Part shown: piece by piece, positions 49,241-63,951 of the stretch | How the letters are laid out: each line of letters begins with the position of its first letter | Numbering within the stretch: the first letter of the stretch is position 1 | NCBI GenBank assembly: GCA_943704425.1 | Contig: CALSCP010001993.1 | Location: 23,777 to 87,776 of the forward strand | Direction: 5' to 3' | Source: Ministeria vibrans ATCC 50519 | Taxonomy: Eukaryota; Protista; Filasterea | DNA length: 64,000 nucleotides | Made by a program: the position numbers and the translations under genes | The notes under the pieces: model-generated | Told to the model about the DNA's origin: nothing | The model's input: only the letters and a program-made list of their open reading frames with translations | The model's database searches: none

Positions 49241-52200
49241 GTGAGCTTGAAAACAAATTTCCTTTGCATCGCGACCTCTCCCATGTTGCGCAGCGTGACG
49301 GTGACGCGCAGTGGCGTAGCTTGACGCGCCCGTCGACACAACTCCTCTCCAATATCCAGATCTCGCTGGTACAGCTCAATCGCGCGGTTGAACTGTCCCA
49401 TGGACTTGTACACAGTAGCAAGATTACTCACTGCAGTCGCCACCTACCACCAAAAAAGAAAAAAAAAACAAAACCAAAAAGGAAAATTAATAATTATTAT
49501 ACACAAGGACGTTTCAACATTATACCTCCCAGTGCGTTCGGCCAAGAGTCTTCTCGCGAATGGCGAGCGACTGCTTGTGCAGCTCCAGTGCGCGATCCAG
49601 GTTGCCCAGGTTGCGCTCCAGAATCGCCATGTTGTTCAGTGTCTTGCTAATTTTGATGCTTTCCACCCCATTTTCTGCAATCTGCACCTCAAGATTCCGC
49701 TCGTACAGCGGTAACGCTTTCAAGTGCTATTCACAACAACACACCAAAAACAATAAAAGTACAATAACAAACAAAATTAATATTAATTGCAACAAAAGAG
49801 TTATCTGAATGTTTCAAGCCTTATATTTTTTACCTCTCCTGCTCGCCAGTAGACAAAGGCAAGTTCTTCAAGAGCAGGCCCAACAGCGGGATGACGCTGA
49901 CCCAACTCGCTGGTGAGAATGGCGAGAGAACGGTCCAGGAAGAAGCAAGCCTTGTTGAGGTACCCGCCGCATACAAGCAGACGACCTACGTCGGCATTGC
50001 GCGCCGCAAGCTCTAGCGGTGACATCTTCGCCTGCCGTGCATCGTCAAGAGACTTGCGATAAAACATGGCCATCACAGAGGATGTGGTTGGCTCGGGATC
50101 ACACGCACGCCTACCAATCACACAAATAATAATTTTTAAAAAAGCAATAACAAAAATTAATATTTATAATGAGTGAAAAGTCAATATTGACAGTCATTGT
50201 TTGTTTGCTCTGGTTCTCTCTCGGTACATACCAGCATCGAAGAAGGTCGGCCGGCGACACATTTCTGAGGTGCTTGAGAACGCGCAACCGCGAGAGACAC
50301 GAGCGAAGAGTGTCGCGTCCCTCGGCGCCCGTCGTCTGGCCTAGAAGCCAGGGGAGCTCGTCGGCCGCACGCGACACGGTCACCTGGCCGCCCGAGTTGC
50401 GTTCGACGCGCGAGTCCATCACCTGCAATTGGCTCTGGAAATAGCTACACAGCGTCCGTTGCGTCACGGCCATCTGCTCTGCGACCGACGTCTCGGTGTT
50501 GCCTCCCATATACTTGGTCATGGCGACCGCCTTGAGTTGCTCGTGCCAGAAACTCAGCACGCCGCCTTGCTCCATAAGGAACGGCTCGAGCGACAGCAAA
50601 ATCGGCACTATCACCTCCGACGGCAGTTTAGAGATTTCTGCAATCTCGCGTGGCACCAGGCCGTAGCGCGCACTCACCAACAGACGCACGACAGTGGCAA
50701 AGGCACCACGACGGCTGTCGCCAGCCTCACGTGCGTGCAGGTGCTCAAGATGGCCCAAAATCGCGAAGAACAAGTGACGCGTGTCTTGCGCGTGAAGCAA
50801 CACGGCAACACGACTCTCAATCGACGCAAACAAATCGTGAAGCGGCGCGTTGTCACGCACCTCAGGGAGCGCACGTTCAAAGTAGAGAGGCGCACAAAGT
50901 TCCTCAATCATGAGACGCAGGTAGAGTGGTGAGCCGGAGCCGGGCGCCGAAACAAGGTCACGCATGATATTGCGGGGGAAGGCGAGTCGTTCGCGCTCTT
51001 GCAAGTGATGTGCAACCAGCTCGCGTCGTTCGTCCATGCTCAGCTCGGGAATCTCATGCGCCTTCCAGCCATTGCGCACAATCTGCTTGGCAAACGCCGA
51101 GCCCTTCGTCAGGCCAACAATCACTCGCAGACGACGCGACGCACCCGGTGTCGCCTTCTCCCAACTCCCCGGATCCGGCAACCTAAAAACACACGAGGGA
51201 AGACGCACAAAGAAAAAAAAATATTAATGAAAGCATTAATAAGAATTGGAACGATACAATCATCTTTTTTGAAACGAAAATGCATCAAAATGCAATGCAG
51301 TATACCATCGAACGTTGTGCGCCTCGGCGACCTTTTCAATGGCATCGAGTGAGTCGACAATGAGATAAACACGAGGGCCACCTCGTCGACCAGCAATGAG
51401 GCGGAGGCACTCAGCAAAGCGACGCGTGATGGTGCGCCAACTCGTGAGCTGTTCGCCCACGTCGCTACCAAGGACATGCTGGAGACAGAGAGTGAAACGG
51501 CGCAACATGGACATGAGAGAGGAGCCAGTGACGGGTCCGCTGACACCGTGATAGAGTACAACGGTGCGGCGGTCAGGTGACTCGCGCAGATGCACGGCCA
51601 AATTAGCGAGTAACGTGGATTTGCCAAGGCCCTTGGGCGACGTCACCACCACACCACCCGTGCTGCGTTCGATCGACTCCATCACGGCATCGAGACGTGC
51701 GCGTTTTCCAACAAAACACTGCGTGCGCGACGTCATAAACGCCTCGAGATTGCGCCACTCCGGGTCGTCCTCGAGACGCGTTTCGTTGAGCGACGCATGG
51801 TCACGTGGCACAATTTCGGACACAAAGCGAATAAGAGCATTGCTGAGCATGCGAGCACCGTCGAGCGTCGAACGAAACTGCAGGTGATCCACTGTCGCAG
51901 TGGAGCCTCGAGATGTCTCGCGACACAACTGTTTGAGTGCCGCCAACTTCTCCACGGCACTCGTCTGCTTGCGGTCGCCGGCGGCCGAAAAAGCATCGTC
52001 GCGACGCGACGCATTACCCGTGGTGCCAAGCGATTCGCTCTGCTCGAGAATGACCGAGCGGCGCAGCGTAGGCGTGTTCAGCGAGCCACAACGCGTCTCA
52101 ATCTCCAGCATGGATCGATCGCGCATTCGGCCGAGCCAGGCCCAGCGACTTTCACTGATGGCATCGTCAAGATTCTTGTCAAAGACGGCGCCACTGACGT

Positions 52201-54004
52201 CGTTGCTCGACCAGCCGTAGTGGTCACCGATAAACGACACATACAGATCGCATCGTTCGATCTCGGTGAGGGCGGAACGCAGCACGTGTACATTGCGTGG
52301 ATTAGAGCCGGGGTCTTCGCCAAAATCCATGGCACACACCGACAAGTGTAGGCGATGCTCTTCGCAAAAGAGGCGAATGAGTGGCAGGTAGTCATCCATG
52401 AACATTTTGCGCACAGCACCCATGCGCGAGTCGTCGGTCGATAGGTAGAGACGAAGTGTTGACCAGGGGAGCATGCGACCCGGCTCGGGCTCGCGACGTT
52501 GCATGGACGAGCGCTCCTTCTTCACCTCGGGCACCGGCTTGAACGTCGCATACACGGCCGTGTCAAAGTTGGCCTGACCACTCTGGTTTACCAGATAGAT
52601 GTCCTCTTCCTGCTGCATCGCCGAGGCGGCCGCACTGCCACCCTTCTTCATCTTGTACGCATGGACGGCAGCCTCAATGTCGTTGCTGCCCGCGCCGGCA
52701 CCCATCTCGCCATTTTTGGACGCATCAAAGTCGTGCAGCTTGAGGTGGAGTGCGGCGCGCTCTTCGAGAAGCGTCGTCATGTCCGCGCTCGGCGCTTGCG
52801 ACGCGCCCGGTTTCATACTGTTACGGCGCGACGCAGGATCGAGCTGCTCGTAAATGACCTCGCACGACTCACTGTAGGCGTAGGAGGTAGTGGAGAGGCG
52901 CGATCCGGGAGCCACCATAGTATTGGGGGTATCGGGATCGTACAAATCGGTGTACTTGTGGTTGGCCGGAGACGACGCGGCGGGCGGGGTGTTCAAGTTA
53001 GGACGACGACGCGCCTGGAAGATGCCATAGCCACCGCTCGGAGCGGAGATGGGCAGGGGCGTGCCACCTGGCTGGTAGAACGCCGAGTGTTCATCGGGCG
53101 AGTTGTCTGGCTTGCGAAGTGGTGTCGTCGATTTGGGCATGGGTGGTTTGGGGGGAGGAGCATCGCGTGACGACGACGACGCGTCGGCAACCGGATCATA
53201 GATTCCGCTGGCCCGCGCGCCATTCTTGGCATACTGACCGCGACGCGATGACGACGGAAGTGGAGGAACCTCGTCTTGGGCTGCATCGCCACCACGACGG
53301 GGCACGGGAGGTGGGGCTTCTCCAGCGTTCTGACGTGCCTCTGCGACAGTTTCATAGTCGGGAATGGTCGCTGATGGAGGCAAAATGGATCGTCGCGTGG
53401 GCGGCGCGGGCGCTTCGTTGGGATTAGGAGTGGCATCGGGGGCTTCGGGGAGCGGCGCATAGTCGTAGAGATTCGATGAGTTAGTGGTCGTCGACGACGA
53501 CGCCGCTGCCGCGCGCGTTCCTGGAACCGGGGGTGGGGCGTCGCTGTTGAAAGCATCATCGTAATCATCCTCGTCGTCATCATCATCAAACGTTGTGCGT
53601 CCTTCGTCATCGTCGTCGTCAGCAGCAGCGGCAGCGGCGGGGGATTGTTGCACCATTCCCAACGATTCGTACAGTTCCGACTCGCCGCCACTCTCGCGTG
53701 CTGTCGAGCTACGCGCCGAGGAAGTTGCCGAAAGACTCGAGGCAGTTGACATACGCTGGGGCACTGGAGGCGGCTCGTCGGCGGATGTTCGAGGTACCGG
53801 ACGAGCGCGACGACTGTGACTCGACTCCTTGGTACGATCAAAGCCAAGTCGATCGTACGCATCTTCGGGAGCCGAACTGCTCCCGCTGTCCTCGCCATCG
53901 CCCCACTCCTCCTCATCGGAGCGTGGAGGCAAGTAGTAAGGATTCTATTGACAGGGGAGGGAGGAGTGTGTCAGACACAAAGAAGGTTTGAGATATACCA
54001 AAAA

Positions 54005-54053
<49 letters not shown>

Positions 54054-54514
54054 ACGATGATTGATAAGTGTGGTTGGTTCGCTAAATCAAATGTGGTTTG
54101 GTACCTCATCGGCGACACTGCTGGACGAGCTGCTTGTCCTTGCACTGGCTGATCCGGCAGTCGGGAGGGTTATGGTCTGCTCTGGAGTGTACGTTTCGTA
54201 CGCGGGGGCCGTGGACGTCTCGATAAACGACGAGAGACGGCCGCCCGGCGACGCCAGCGGCGGCTCGGGGTCCAAATCCTTCATGCCCGCCTGGACATTG
54301 TCGTAGACGTCCTGGTCGTCGCTGTCAGGCGCTACACAGCAGAGAATGTCAGACGCTGCGTGGACACAGGGCCCAGTGCGACGGCAATCGGCACCCGTGC
54401 GTGTTTGACAAGGGAAAAGTTCATTCTGGCCAATTGCACTCATTTTTCTACGGATCTCTCTCGCGCGCGCCATGAGCCCCAATACGCCTCAGCAGTTGCG
54501 TAATCATACGCCAT
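49239..54514 (-). CDS. NPHP3/TEP1/NWD-like protein: Tyr/Pro-rich disordered N-terminus, DUF4062-like domain, NACHT-type NTPase, TPR repeats; 3' end interrupted
   Basis: LRLYLST..., LTEIERCDLYVSFIGDHYGW, RSMLEIE; Walker A SPKGLGKST; Walker B VYLIVDSLD; GSPLYLRL; LSFWHEQL; ELPWLL; TPRs such as SKTLNNMAILERNLG. The start at 54514 is tentative. Confidence 0.8.
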
Positions 54515-55059
54515 GCGACAGTTCTCGCAAGGAGACCGTTCTTGAGCACGCCGGCCGTCGCGAGAGAGCCACAAGAGACCCACAAAGTGCGATTGTTTTT
54601 TTTTTTTTTTTAGGAGATCCAACAGGAAAAAAAGAAGATAAAAACGCTCCTCTCTTACCAAGCGCCGAACGACCAAAAAGCGTCATAGATCGCTTCGACA
54701 TGGCGACAGAATGGCCGAAGAGACGAGTTTGAGAAATAATTTTGAGGAGAATTGTCAATTGTCAATTGAGAGTTATCAGTTAAGTTTCATTGATAAGTCT
54801 TCTTTATCAGTTTAATGTCTTCTTCTTCTTCTTCAGTTGATTAAACATAATCATTTATCTGTGGGTCTATGGGCTTGTTTCGGGACATTCTCGTCTTGAA
54901 GTCTACGGCGGAAGTATTGCGCTGCGTTTTGTTTTGTATACAGTTTTGTTTTGACATTGCGTTTACAGCTCTCGATTCTCTATTTATTTTCTCAAACATT
55001 GACTTTCATTTAACATTAATTATTTTGATTTTATATAATTATTGCTGCTTTGTTTGTTG

Positions 55060-58000
55060 ATGAGCGACGGGGTTGTGTTCTTTCGGCCCCTGTCGCCGTC
55101 GGCGTCGACGCGCGGCGATGACAAAAAAAGCGAGATGGGAATTTTTGGACGATTCTTCGCGTCGAGCAGCAGCAGCAGTGCAGCGGCCGCCCCAGCGCCT
55201 GCCAAGACGACCCACGCGTCACAGACATTCCAGGACATTGTCAACACGGCCAAGCGGCCCCCTGCAACCAGTGCACAGCCGGAGAGTCGTCGTAAAACGG
55301 CAACGGTGACGGGCGCCTCTGCAGCCGTTTCGTCGGCCCCTTCCCCTATTTTCTATCCGAGCGGCAAACGCCGCCGGGAGCTCACCGCCGCCGGCTACAG
55401 CAACACCAGTGGCAACAGCGACAACAGTTTTGGCTATGACGATGGCGAGCACTCGCCGTCGTCGCCTCAGGGCGGCCTACTCTCGCGGCAGAGTAGCAGT
55501 GCCGGAGTGGTCATGGCGGCGTCGGCGGAGGCGCGAACTTCATCTGTGTTTGCACATGCCGACGGCGACGAGGATCATTACGGTGGCGGCACGCCCGACG
55601 CTGACTCGGCCTCGGTGAACATCAGCGAAATGGGCAGTCTCAGTCAGTTGTCATCGTCGTTTCGCAATCCCCCTCCTGTCCAGCAACACCGCACGCTCAC
55701 ATCGGTGTTGCGTCGCATGAAAACGGTCAGCGGTGGTGGCGATCAACAACAATTTTGGATGCCAGACGACAATGCCAAGGCGTGCTACGAGTGCGGCGCC
55801 GCCTTCCACACCTTTCGCCGTCGACACCACTGTCGCGTGTGCGGGCAAATCTTCTGTGCCAAATGTGCCTCACAATTCATTCCAGGCGACCTGATTGGCT
55901 CGTCGGCAAGCGTTCGCGCCTGCGCCTACTGCGTTCGCGTCGTCGAAGAGTACTCACATACCTTTGCTGACAACGCCATCTCCCTGCTCGATCACGAGCC
56001 ATCCTCGTCGCTTGCCCAGCCCAGCAGCGGTAGCAGCGGCAGTCACGCCCTCCCCGCACCCTCTCCAACGCCACCCATCACGCCAACGCCGTCAACCGCC
56101 TCTCAATTTCCCACCACAACTAGCCCGCTGTCGTTGTCGTCCGCCAATACCAATGCAGTCGACGCCACCTCTCCCGTCGGCGGCGGCGGTGCCAACATGG
56201 TCTCGCCCGTGCGCACTTCGGCAGTTGGGTATCAGACCGCCCACTTGTTTGGTGAACGACGTCAGTCTGCCCGTCTTGAACGCCCCCAGTCCTTCAAGTC
56301 GGCCAGCACCATTGCTCAACAGATTCAACTCGCGCAACAAATGCAACAACAACAACAGTGGGGCCAGGAACCTTTGTCGTCGCCTCAGCAGCACTTCTCG
56401 CCCGGTCAAGCGCAACAACCACAATCACAACAGCAGTCGCAGATGGGACACTCGCAATCGCTAATGAGCGTCTCGTCCCTTCCCAAGGGCCGTCGAAGTG
56501 TTCCCACACCGCAATCACCAGGTGCGCCTCAGTCTGGCGCACAAGACGCTCTCTCGTCGTCCGCCACCAATGTCGTCAATCCTCCCCTGTCGTCTTCCGT
56601 CTCCTCCAATATTGCATCCAAATCTGCAGTTCGCTCGTCACGTCCCCTCATCTCACGCGGCTTCTCCGGCCTCTTTCGTGCTACTTCGGATTTCAGCGAC
56701 GACGAAGACGACGCCATTGGCGAGGAGCTGCGCGAATGCTACATGGCCGTTGCCGCCGAGATCCACACGCGTCTTGTCTCGGTCGATTCGGGTTTGGAGG
56801 TGAAAAATCATCGATACCGCTTTCGAAACTACCCCGACACGCTGGTCGCGAGCGAATTGGTCACCTGGCTTGAAGAGAACTCGTACGCAAATGTGCGCGA
56901 TGACGCACGTGCCATGGGCCAGATGCTGCTCGACGACCGTCGCATCGAGTCGGTTGTCAGTGGCACCATGACCTTCCGTGATGAGTACCAGCTCTTTCGT
57001 GTGCGCAGTCGCACCACGGCTGCCGCTGCGGCTGCTGCGGCCGCGGCTGCCGCAGTTGCTTCGCTGGGCACCGACCAGCAGAGTCACACGTCTGCGGCTG
57101 CGTTTGCCTCCACTGCGCCATCATCCTCGAAGACCCAACAATCGCCTTCCTTGACCAGTACCATAGACAGCATTGCGAACACCAAGGGAGGCGGCGCTGC
57201 CGGTAGCGTGCACGGTGCACCCAACCCACTCTCTCTCTCGCCGACAGCCACTCGTGCTGCTGCTGCGGCCAAGGGCAACACAGGTGCCACTCAGTCGCTT
57301 CCTATTGGTTCCAACACCGCTGCGCCATCGTCCTCATCGTCATCCGGAGTTGGCGGAACGTCGCGCCGTCCATTGCGCAGCCAGCGCAGCCTCTCAGGAC
57401 GCGGTCCTGAGGCGGGCGTCGACGAGGGTGTTGTCGATGACGACGAGGATGTCGTCGATGACGACGACGAACTCTTGCCCAACTGGTTCCGTCAACTGTC
57501 ACCCGACGTGAGCCAACAGCAGCAAGCCTTGCAACAGCAACAGCAATATCAACATCAACATCAACAGCACCAGCTGTCACAAGCACAACAACATCAGCAA
57601 CAATTGCAAAAGCAATCATTCTCGGCTCAGCAACAGCAACAGGCGGTGGGTGGGCTCGCCGAAGAGTCTCACTTCAACTCCACCAAGGCACAGTTGTTGC
57701 GTGGCAAGACACTGGAGCAACGTAGCAGTGTCATTGCTCCCTCTGTCACCCCCTTGTCGGCGGTTGCATTGGCCACCAAAACGTCGGGCCCGCGGCTTCG
57801 ACGCAACGCCAATTCATACGACAACATTTTACTCGCAGACGAGTCGACGCGTGACGACGCCTCGAGCATTTTACGACGCATCACGGCCGATTCTCGTACG
57901 TCACCGTCGGCGGGCACGGGTACGTTGGGTGTGCGCGCGGATGTACGCAATCGAAGCAAGTCGACGGGTTCGTCGTTGCCGTCAGCTCACAATTTGATGT

Positions 58001-61000
58001 CCCTTCACGACAACCGAGATGCGCTGCAGACTGAAGAAGATGATGACGATGCGTTGTCGATGAATGCTAATGCGTCCATGGCACCGTCAAGTGGCGCTGA
58101 CGATTTACCGCTACCAACTGCATCGTCGGTCAGCGCCGCGCCCGTTCTGCAGACCGTCATGCATCTCACAGAGACGGGCGTATTTCAGCAGCTTGCTGTC
58201 GGCGAGTGGTTGCCCATTGATGGCTCGGTCTTTTACGAGGCGCCTCCGTCGACTAGCCATTGTCCTGCTGTGGATCATGCCAAACTCGACACTACCTATT
58301 GTGAGTTTCGCGACATTTTTCACGAGTATATGTGTCGACTGGCGCGTCAGATTCTCCTTGTGAGCGGCGTGCGCGAGTCCGCTTGGCTTGACACGGTTGT
58401 GCGCTTGGCACGTCACATTGGCGAGACCCTCATGCCAGACGTGCGTCATGGCGACGCCATGGATGTGCGGCGCTACATCAAATTCAAGAAGGTGCGCGGT
58501 GACGTCTCGCCCGAATCGAGTTTCCCCATTTCGGGATTTGCCTTCACCGGCGACCTCGTTGACCGACGTATGCCTCGCTACATTGAGTATCCGCGCGTGC
58601 TCATTCTGCGTTTTGCCCTCGAGTACCTCAGTCATCGCATGCAATCGACCATCTCCAACTTTGACGTGCTGTTGCTGCAGGAGCGTGAGTACCTTCGTCT
58701 GATGGTCGCCAAGATTGCGGCGCTCAAACCCAACGTGGTGCTTGTGGAGAAGTCGGTGGCTCGCATTGCACAAGAGTACTTTCTGGAGGAGGGAATTTCG
58801 CTTGCGATCAACCTCAAGAGCAGCGTACTTGATGCGGTTGCACGGTGCACCGGTGCCGATCAGCTGGGCTCGCTCAACATGCTCAACTTTGACCCGAAGC
58901 TCGGCTCGTGCGGCCTCTTTCGCCTGCAGACATACGTCCACGATGTCGTCACGAATGCCCACAAGACAGTGGTGAGTTTTGAAGAGTGTCCTCCCGAACG
59001 CCTTTGCACCATCATTCTCCGTGGCAACTCCGACTTGGATTTGATGCGTGTCAAGCGTGTCATCTCGTTTGCTTCGTTTGTCTCCTTCTCGCTCAACCTC
59101 GAGGCTTCCGCTCTGACCGACTTTACCGTGCGCCCCACTCCCCTCCCACCGGCAACCACTCCGCAGTTACCCGTGCCGCCCGCGTACGACTTGCCGGCTG
59201 CCGATCGGTTTACCGCTGTCTTTACCAGTCTCCTTTTGCTGGGCTCGCCTTCCACACGCATTTCCGTGCCTTTTGTGTACTCGCCGGAGGGGCGCCTGAA
59301 CAAGACGCGTCGTCTCCTTCCCGAGGTCATTTTTTATTCGCAGTTTCTTTTGCGCGCCTATGTGAATCGCTACGTATCGGTGAAGCGAGATTTGGACGCG
59401 CGACTCGCCGCGGGCGAGCTTGACGCTACCGAGATGGCCTTTCAGCTTAACTCCATCATGGCGTTGCCAATGGCCATGCTGAAGAAGGGCACCATCTCGC
59501 TGCGGTCGTTGCTCATCAAGCGACGTCTCTTGTTGCCGCAAGAGAAGGAACTGGTGCGTCTCGTGTGTCGCACGGAACTCTCGCGCCAGCAGCGCATTGC
59601 CCGACAACTTACCGACGAACCTATCGCCGACTATCCATACGGTGCGTCGTCCAAGGCGGCCGCCCAGGCTCTCATTGATCTGCAGCAGTACCTTATTGCC
59701 GAGGGCGTTGCCGAACGACCTGTCACCACACCTGCGCCCGCCTCGGTGCTTTTATCGCCCCCTACGGAGCGACGTAGCAAAAAGCACGATGCATCGACCA
59801 CGAACGCGACCAGTACCTCGACATCAGACGTGAGTGCAGGTGTCAGCGAGGGCCAAGCGAAAATGACGTCAACGTCAGCTAAGACGACCGCATCCGCATC
59901 CGTGATCCTCACACCCTCGTCTACATCAGCAGCAGCAGCAGGGACGGGTGTGACGACCACAGTCACAGCGGCGGCATCAGTCGTACCCGGTAGCAAGACA
60001 GCAGCCGCTGTCGGTCGACCACCAGAGGCACTAGAGCCGCATCGTCATCAGCACATGACAGTCCTTTTTTGCTCGTGGGGCAGTCTGGCGCCCAAACCGT
60101 GTGTACACCCGCACTCGGTTGAGATGCAATTTTACGGCGAGAACGACATGACCATTGGCGAGTACCTCGAGCTGTGTTGGTTCGGCAGCGGCTTTGTGTG
60201 TCCCGACCGCGCGTGCAAGCTGTCGATTCTTGAACACAAACAGTCGTATGTCCACGCGGGCGGTCGTCTGCTGGTGAGCATGGAGGTGTCGCCCGTTGCG
60301 TCGCCCATGAACACTATTTTCACATGGGCGTCGTGTTTGGTGCACGGTTGTGTGACACCTGCTGTCCAGGTGGGCAGTGAAACGTGGAACCTAAGCCTGG
60401 CCAAGTTTCTCGAACAGATCTGGTACACCGAGCATGTGTGTGCCATGATCGACAAGTGTCCACCCTCTGCCGGCTGTTCTCTTCAGAGTCACGCGCGTCA
60501 CTTTGCGTGTGGCAATCTTGTTGTCAAGTTTGTGTACGAGCCCATTCGATTGCTCGAGGTTTCCGTGCCTACCGTCAACATTGTGTACTCGGAGGAGTCA
60601 GCGGACTTTGAGGTGGACGTCACAGCTTTTGAGCATGCCGCTGCCAATCTATTTGATGCCGCTCGCTGCAAATACGAGCTTTTTCTCATTCTCGCCGACA
60701 ACGAGTCGCCCACCACAGCAGCAACGTCATCCTCGACAACTGCCTCGACACACAGCGTGCACAGTCCGGCACCGCCCGTCGGCACGCCCTCTTCGATACC
60801 GTCTACACCACAGTTTCCTCGAAGCGGTTTGCACGTCGACGGCATGCATCTGGGCGTGTCAACCAACACCGCCTCGACCCCTTCCTTGTCACCGTCGCCG
60901 TCGGTGTCGTCGACATCACTTGTCCACGAGGATTCGGTGTTTTCAACGACTTCAGTGTCGTCCTCGGCGGGTTGGTCCATGCGTGCGGATGATTCGGGAC

Positions 61001-63770
61001 GCTCGTCGTCGCGTCCATCCTCGTCGTCGACCATCACCCATGAGAAATCGGCTGGGGGCATTGTTGAGACGGATCCCACTACACCAAAGGTGGTGCCTGC
61101 GGGCGGTGAGTCGGATGCCGGCGAGACGATGACACCGAAGACACGTTCGGGCAGCACGTCGGCCAGTGTGGCGGCGGTCTTGTCGGTGACTGCCACGCCG
61201 AATGCCAGCAAGACGGGCAGCGGTGCAGTGGTGCACTTTAGCGATCTCGCATGGCACCGACTGCGCGAGTTGGACACAGCAGAGCGCGCGCTGGGCGAAG
61301 AAACGCTGCGGGTGCGCGGTCTAGTGGAGAGCATGCGCGACGACACCAAGCGTCGCGTGTTTGAAGAGCAGTTGTGCATTGTCGAGGAGATTCGAACTCT
61401 CTACTTTGTACTGATGGACCTGGTGCACACGGTCAATGTCGAGTTGCGTGAAGTGGCCGGTCTCTACTCGCTCGAGCGCCACCGTCGCTCGGGAGATGAG
61501 AAGTCGGCCAATATAAAAGCTGCGACGGCTGCCGCACACTCACAACTGATCCCCACGACGACGACAACATCGACGACGACAACATCGACGACGACAACAT
61601 CGACGACGACACCGGGAACGCCCACGACAACCTTGCATTCACCGCCGTCCTTTACGGAGGCCACAGCCGGCGCCAGTTTTGCTGCGCCTTCCTTTGGCGA
61701 CGACCATTACAGCGCAGCGGCCGCGGCGGCGGCTGCCGTTGTGGCTGTGTCCCCCAACGACACTGCTCCGTCGACTCCGTTGAATGTCTTGTCGAGTGCG
61801 GGGACAATTGGGGGCGGAGCGACACCGACGTTTGGACAGATGTCATCGATGAGCACGCAGAATGTGCGTGCGAGTTTGGACGTGGCATTGATGATTGCCA
61901 ACTCTTCCAGCAGTGGCATGTCGATGGACACTTCTTCTAGTGCAGGGGTCTCCTCTTCAACTACCGGTGGTGGTGGTGGTGGTGGTGGTGGTGGTGGTGG
62001 TGGTGGTGGCTCGCGTCTGCTCAAAGTGCTCAACCGACTCAAGTTGCGTCGTCTGCGAGGACCGGCACACGACAAGTGGAGTCTGGCGCGCACCGACGAT
62101 AGTGACAAGGTGTATGCGCGCGCATCCAAGGACGCACAGACCGAACTGCGACGACGTGTGGACAAGATTAATGCGGCAGGCGGCGCCGCGCTGTATTTTT
62201 TGAACGAACCAGACGCGCTCTCTGGCGGTCGTGCCCCTGAAGGATCGGCTGTGGCGCTGATCCGCGAGCGTCGGCGAGAGCTTCTCACGCGCTACACAGC
62301 CCACCTGCCACCATCGGCGCTGGCACAGCAGCTCACGCTTCTCGAGTATCCCTTCCCGCCCACGGTCCACCTGTTTCCGTCTGGCAAGGTGAATGAGGCC
62401 GAAGAGAGCACAATTGTTGCGTGTGCGCTTTCCTCCGACGAATACCGCGCCTTTTTGCGTGCGGCCTCCACAGCAACCGCGGCAGCGACGTCATCCAATG
62501 CAGCGGCAAGTACGAGTGCAACTGCGACGACAACGACTGCTTCGTCGCCCGCACTGTCTCGCTCCGCTTCCATCTCGTCCCATGCCGAACACACAACGAC
62601 GCAACACGCGCGATCCCACTCGTCCACGTACGCTAACACACACGTTCCCCAACAACATCAGCAACAAGCAGCACCTGCACCGCCATCATCCTCGTCATCA
62701 TCAACCACACCACCAACCGCAGCAACAACGAATCAGGCAGCTCCGCCCACAGCGACTTCCTCCTCCACCGACGCTCCTCAGGCGCCACAGGACGACTCAC
62801 TGGTACCCACAGCGGGCACAACTGAATCTCTCCATTTCCATTTCCAATTCAACAACGAGACCACCAAATTCTACTGCAAGGCCTACTTTGCGCACAGCTT
62901 CAACCGTCTTCGTCGTAGTATTCTTGAAAACGTAAGACACCTTTACAACATTAATAATTAGTATTGTTTTTTTTTTTTTTTTTTTTTTTTTTGGAAACAC
63001 ACGAACGTGAATAAATGAAAAAATGAAATGAAAATGCAATTAATAGGGCGACGAGGCGTTTGTGCTGTCGCTGCAGCACTGTCTTGAGTGGAAGGCGTCG
63101 GGAGGTGCATCGGGCTCGGCCTTCAGCAAGACGTCCGACGACCGCTTTGTTATTAAACAAATGGGACGGATGGAAGCGAGCTCCTTCATTGACTTTGCGC
63201 CCTTCTATTTTGCGTACATGGATGCAGTTCTTGCGCACAAGGTCAGTATACGCACACACACCTCCACACACGTCCACACACTAAGTGCATGCACTAAGCA
63301 AACCCGCCTATACTACACTCACACACCAAGCACACACACTAAGCGCACTCACTCGAGTCGTACCCATTTTGTGTGTTCACACTTTTCTCTATGTATGTCT
63401 GTATGTATATTTGCGTGTGTGGCTTTGGTCGTTTTAGCGTCCCTCTGTGCTTGCAAAGATTGTTGGGGTGTTCCGCATTGGGTTCAAGAACAGCGTGACG
63501 GGCAACTCCACAAAACAGGATGTCATTGTGATGGAGAACCTTTTCTACAACAGAAAGATCAGTCGAGTAACACAAAATAATATTTTTTTCTCCTATTCTT
63601 TGTTCATGCATGTGTAGATTAAATTGTCTCTGTTTCTCGTTTTTTTTTTCCTTTTTTTTCCTTCTTTTTTTTAGGTGTTTGATCTGAAGGGATCGATGCG
63701 AAACCGATTTGTGAAGGAAGGAGATGTGCTGTTGGACGAGAACTTTGTCAACAGTACCGAAACACACACA

Positions 63771-63811
<41 letters not shown>

Positions 63812-63951
63812 GACACCTATATCTCACTTTGTTTCACACACACACACACTCTCTCTCTCTATCACTTTGTTTCGATTTCTCCTCTCTCTCTATCACGCTG
63901 TTTCTTTCTCCTCTCTCTCTATCACTTTGTTTCTCTATCACTATGTATCTT

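Noticed and set aside
47752-49650. 632-aa ORF as a single complete kinase
   Set aside because: Both ends read through poly(A) tracts (polyK); sequence after 49203 is intron and the antisense strand of the TPR gene.
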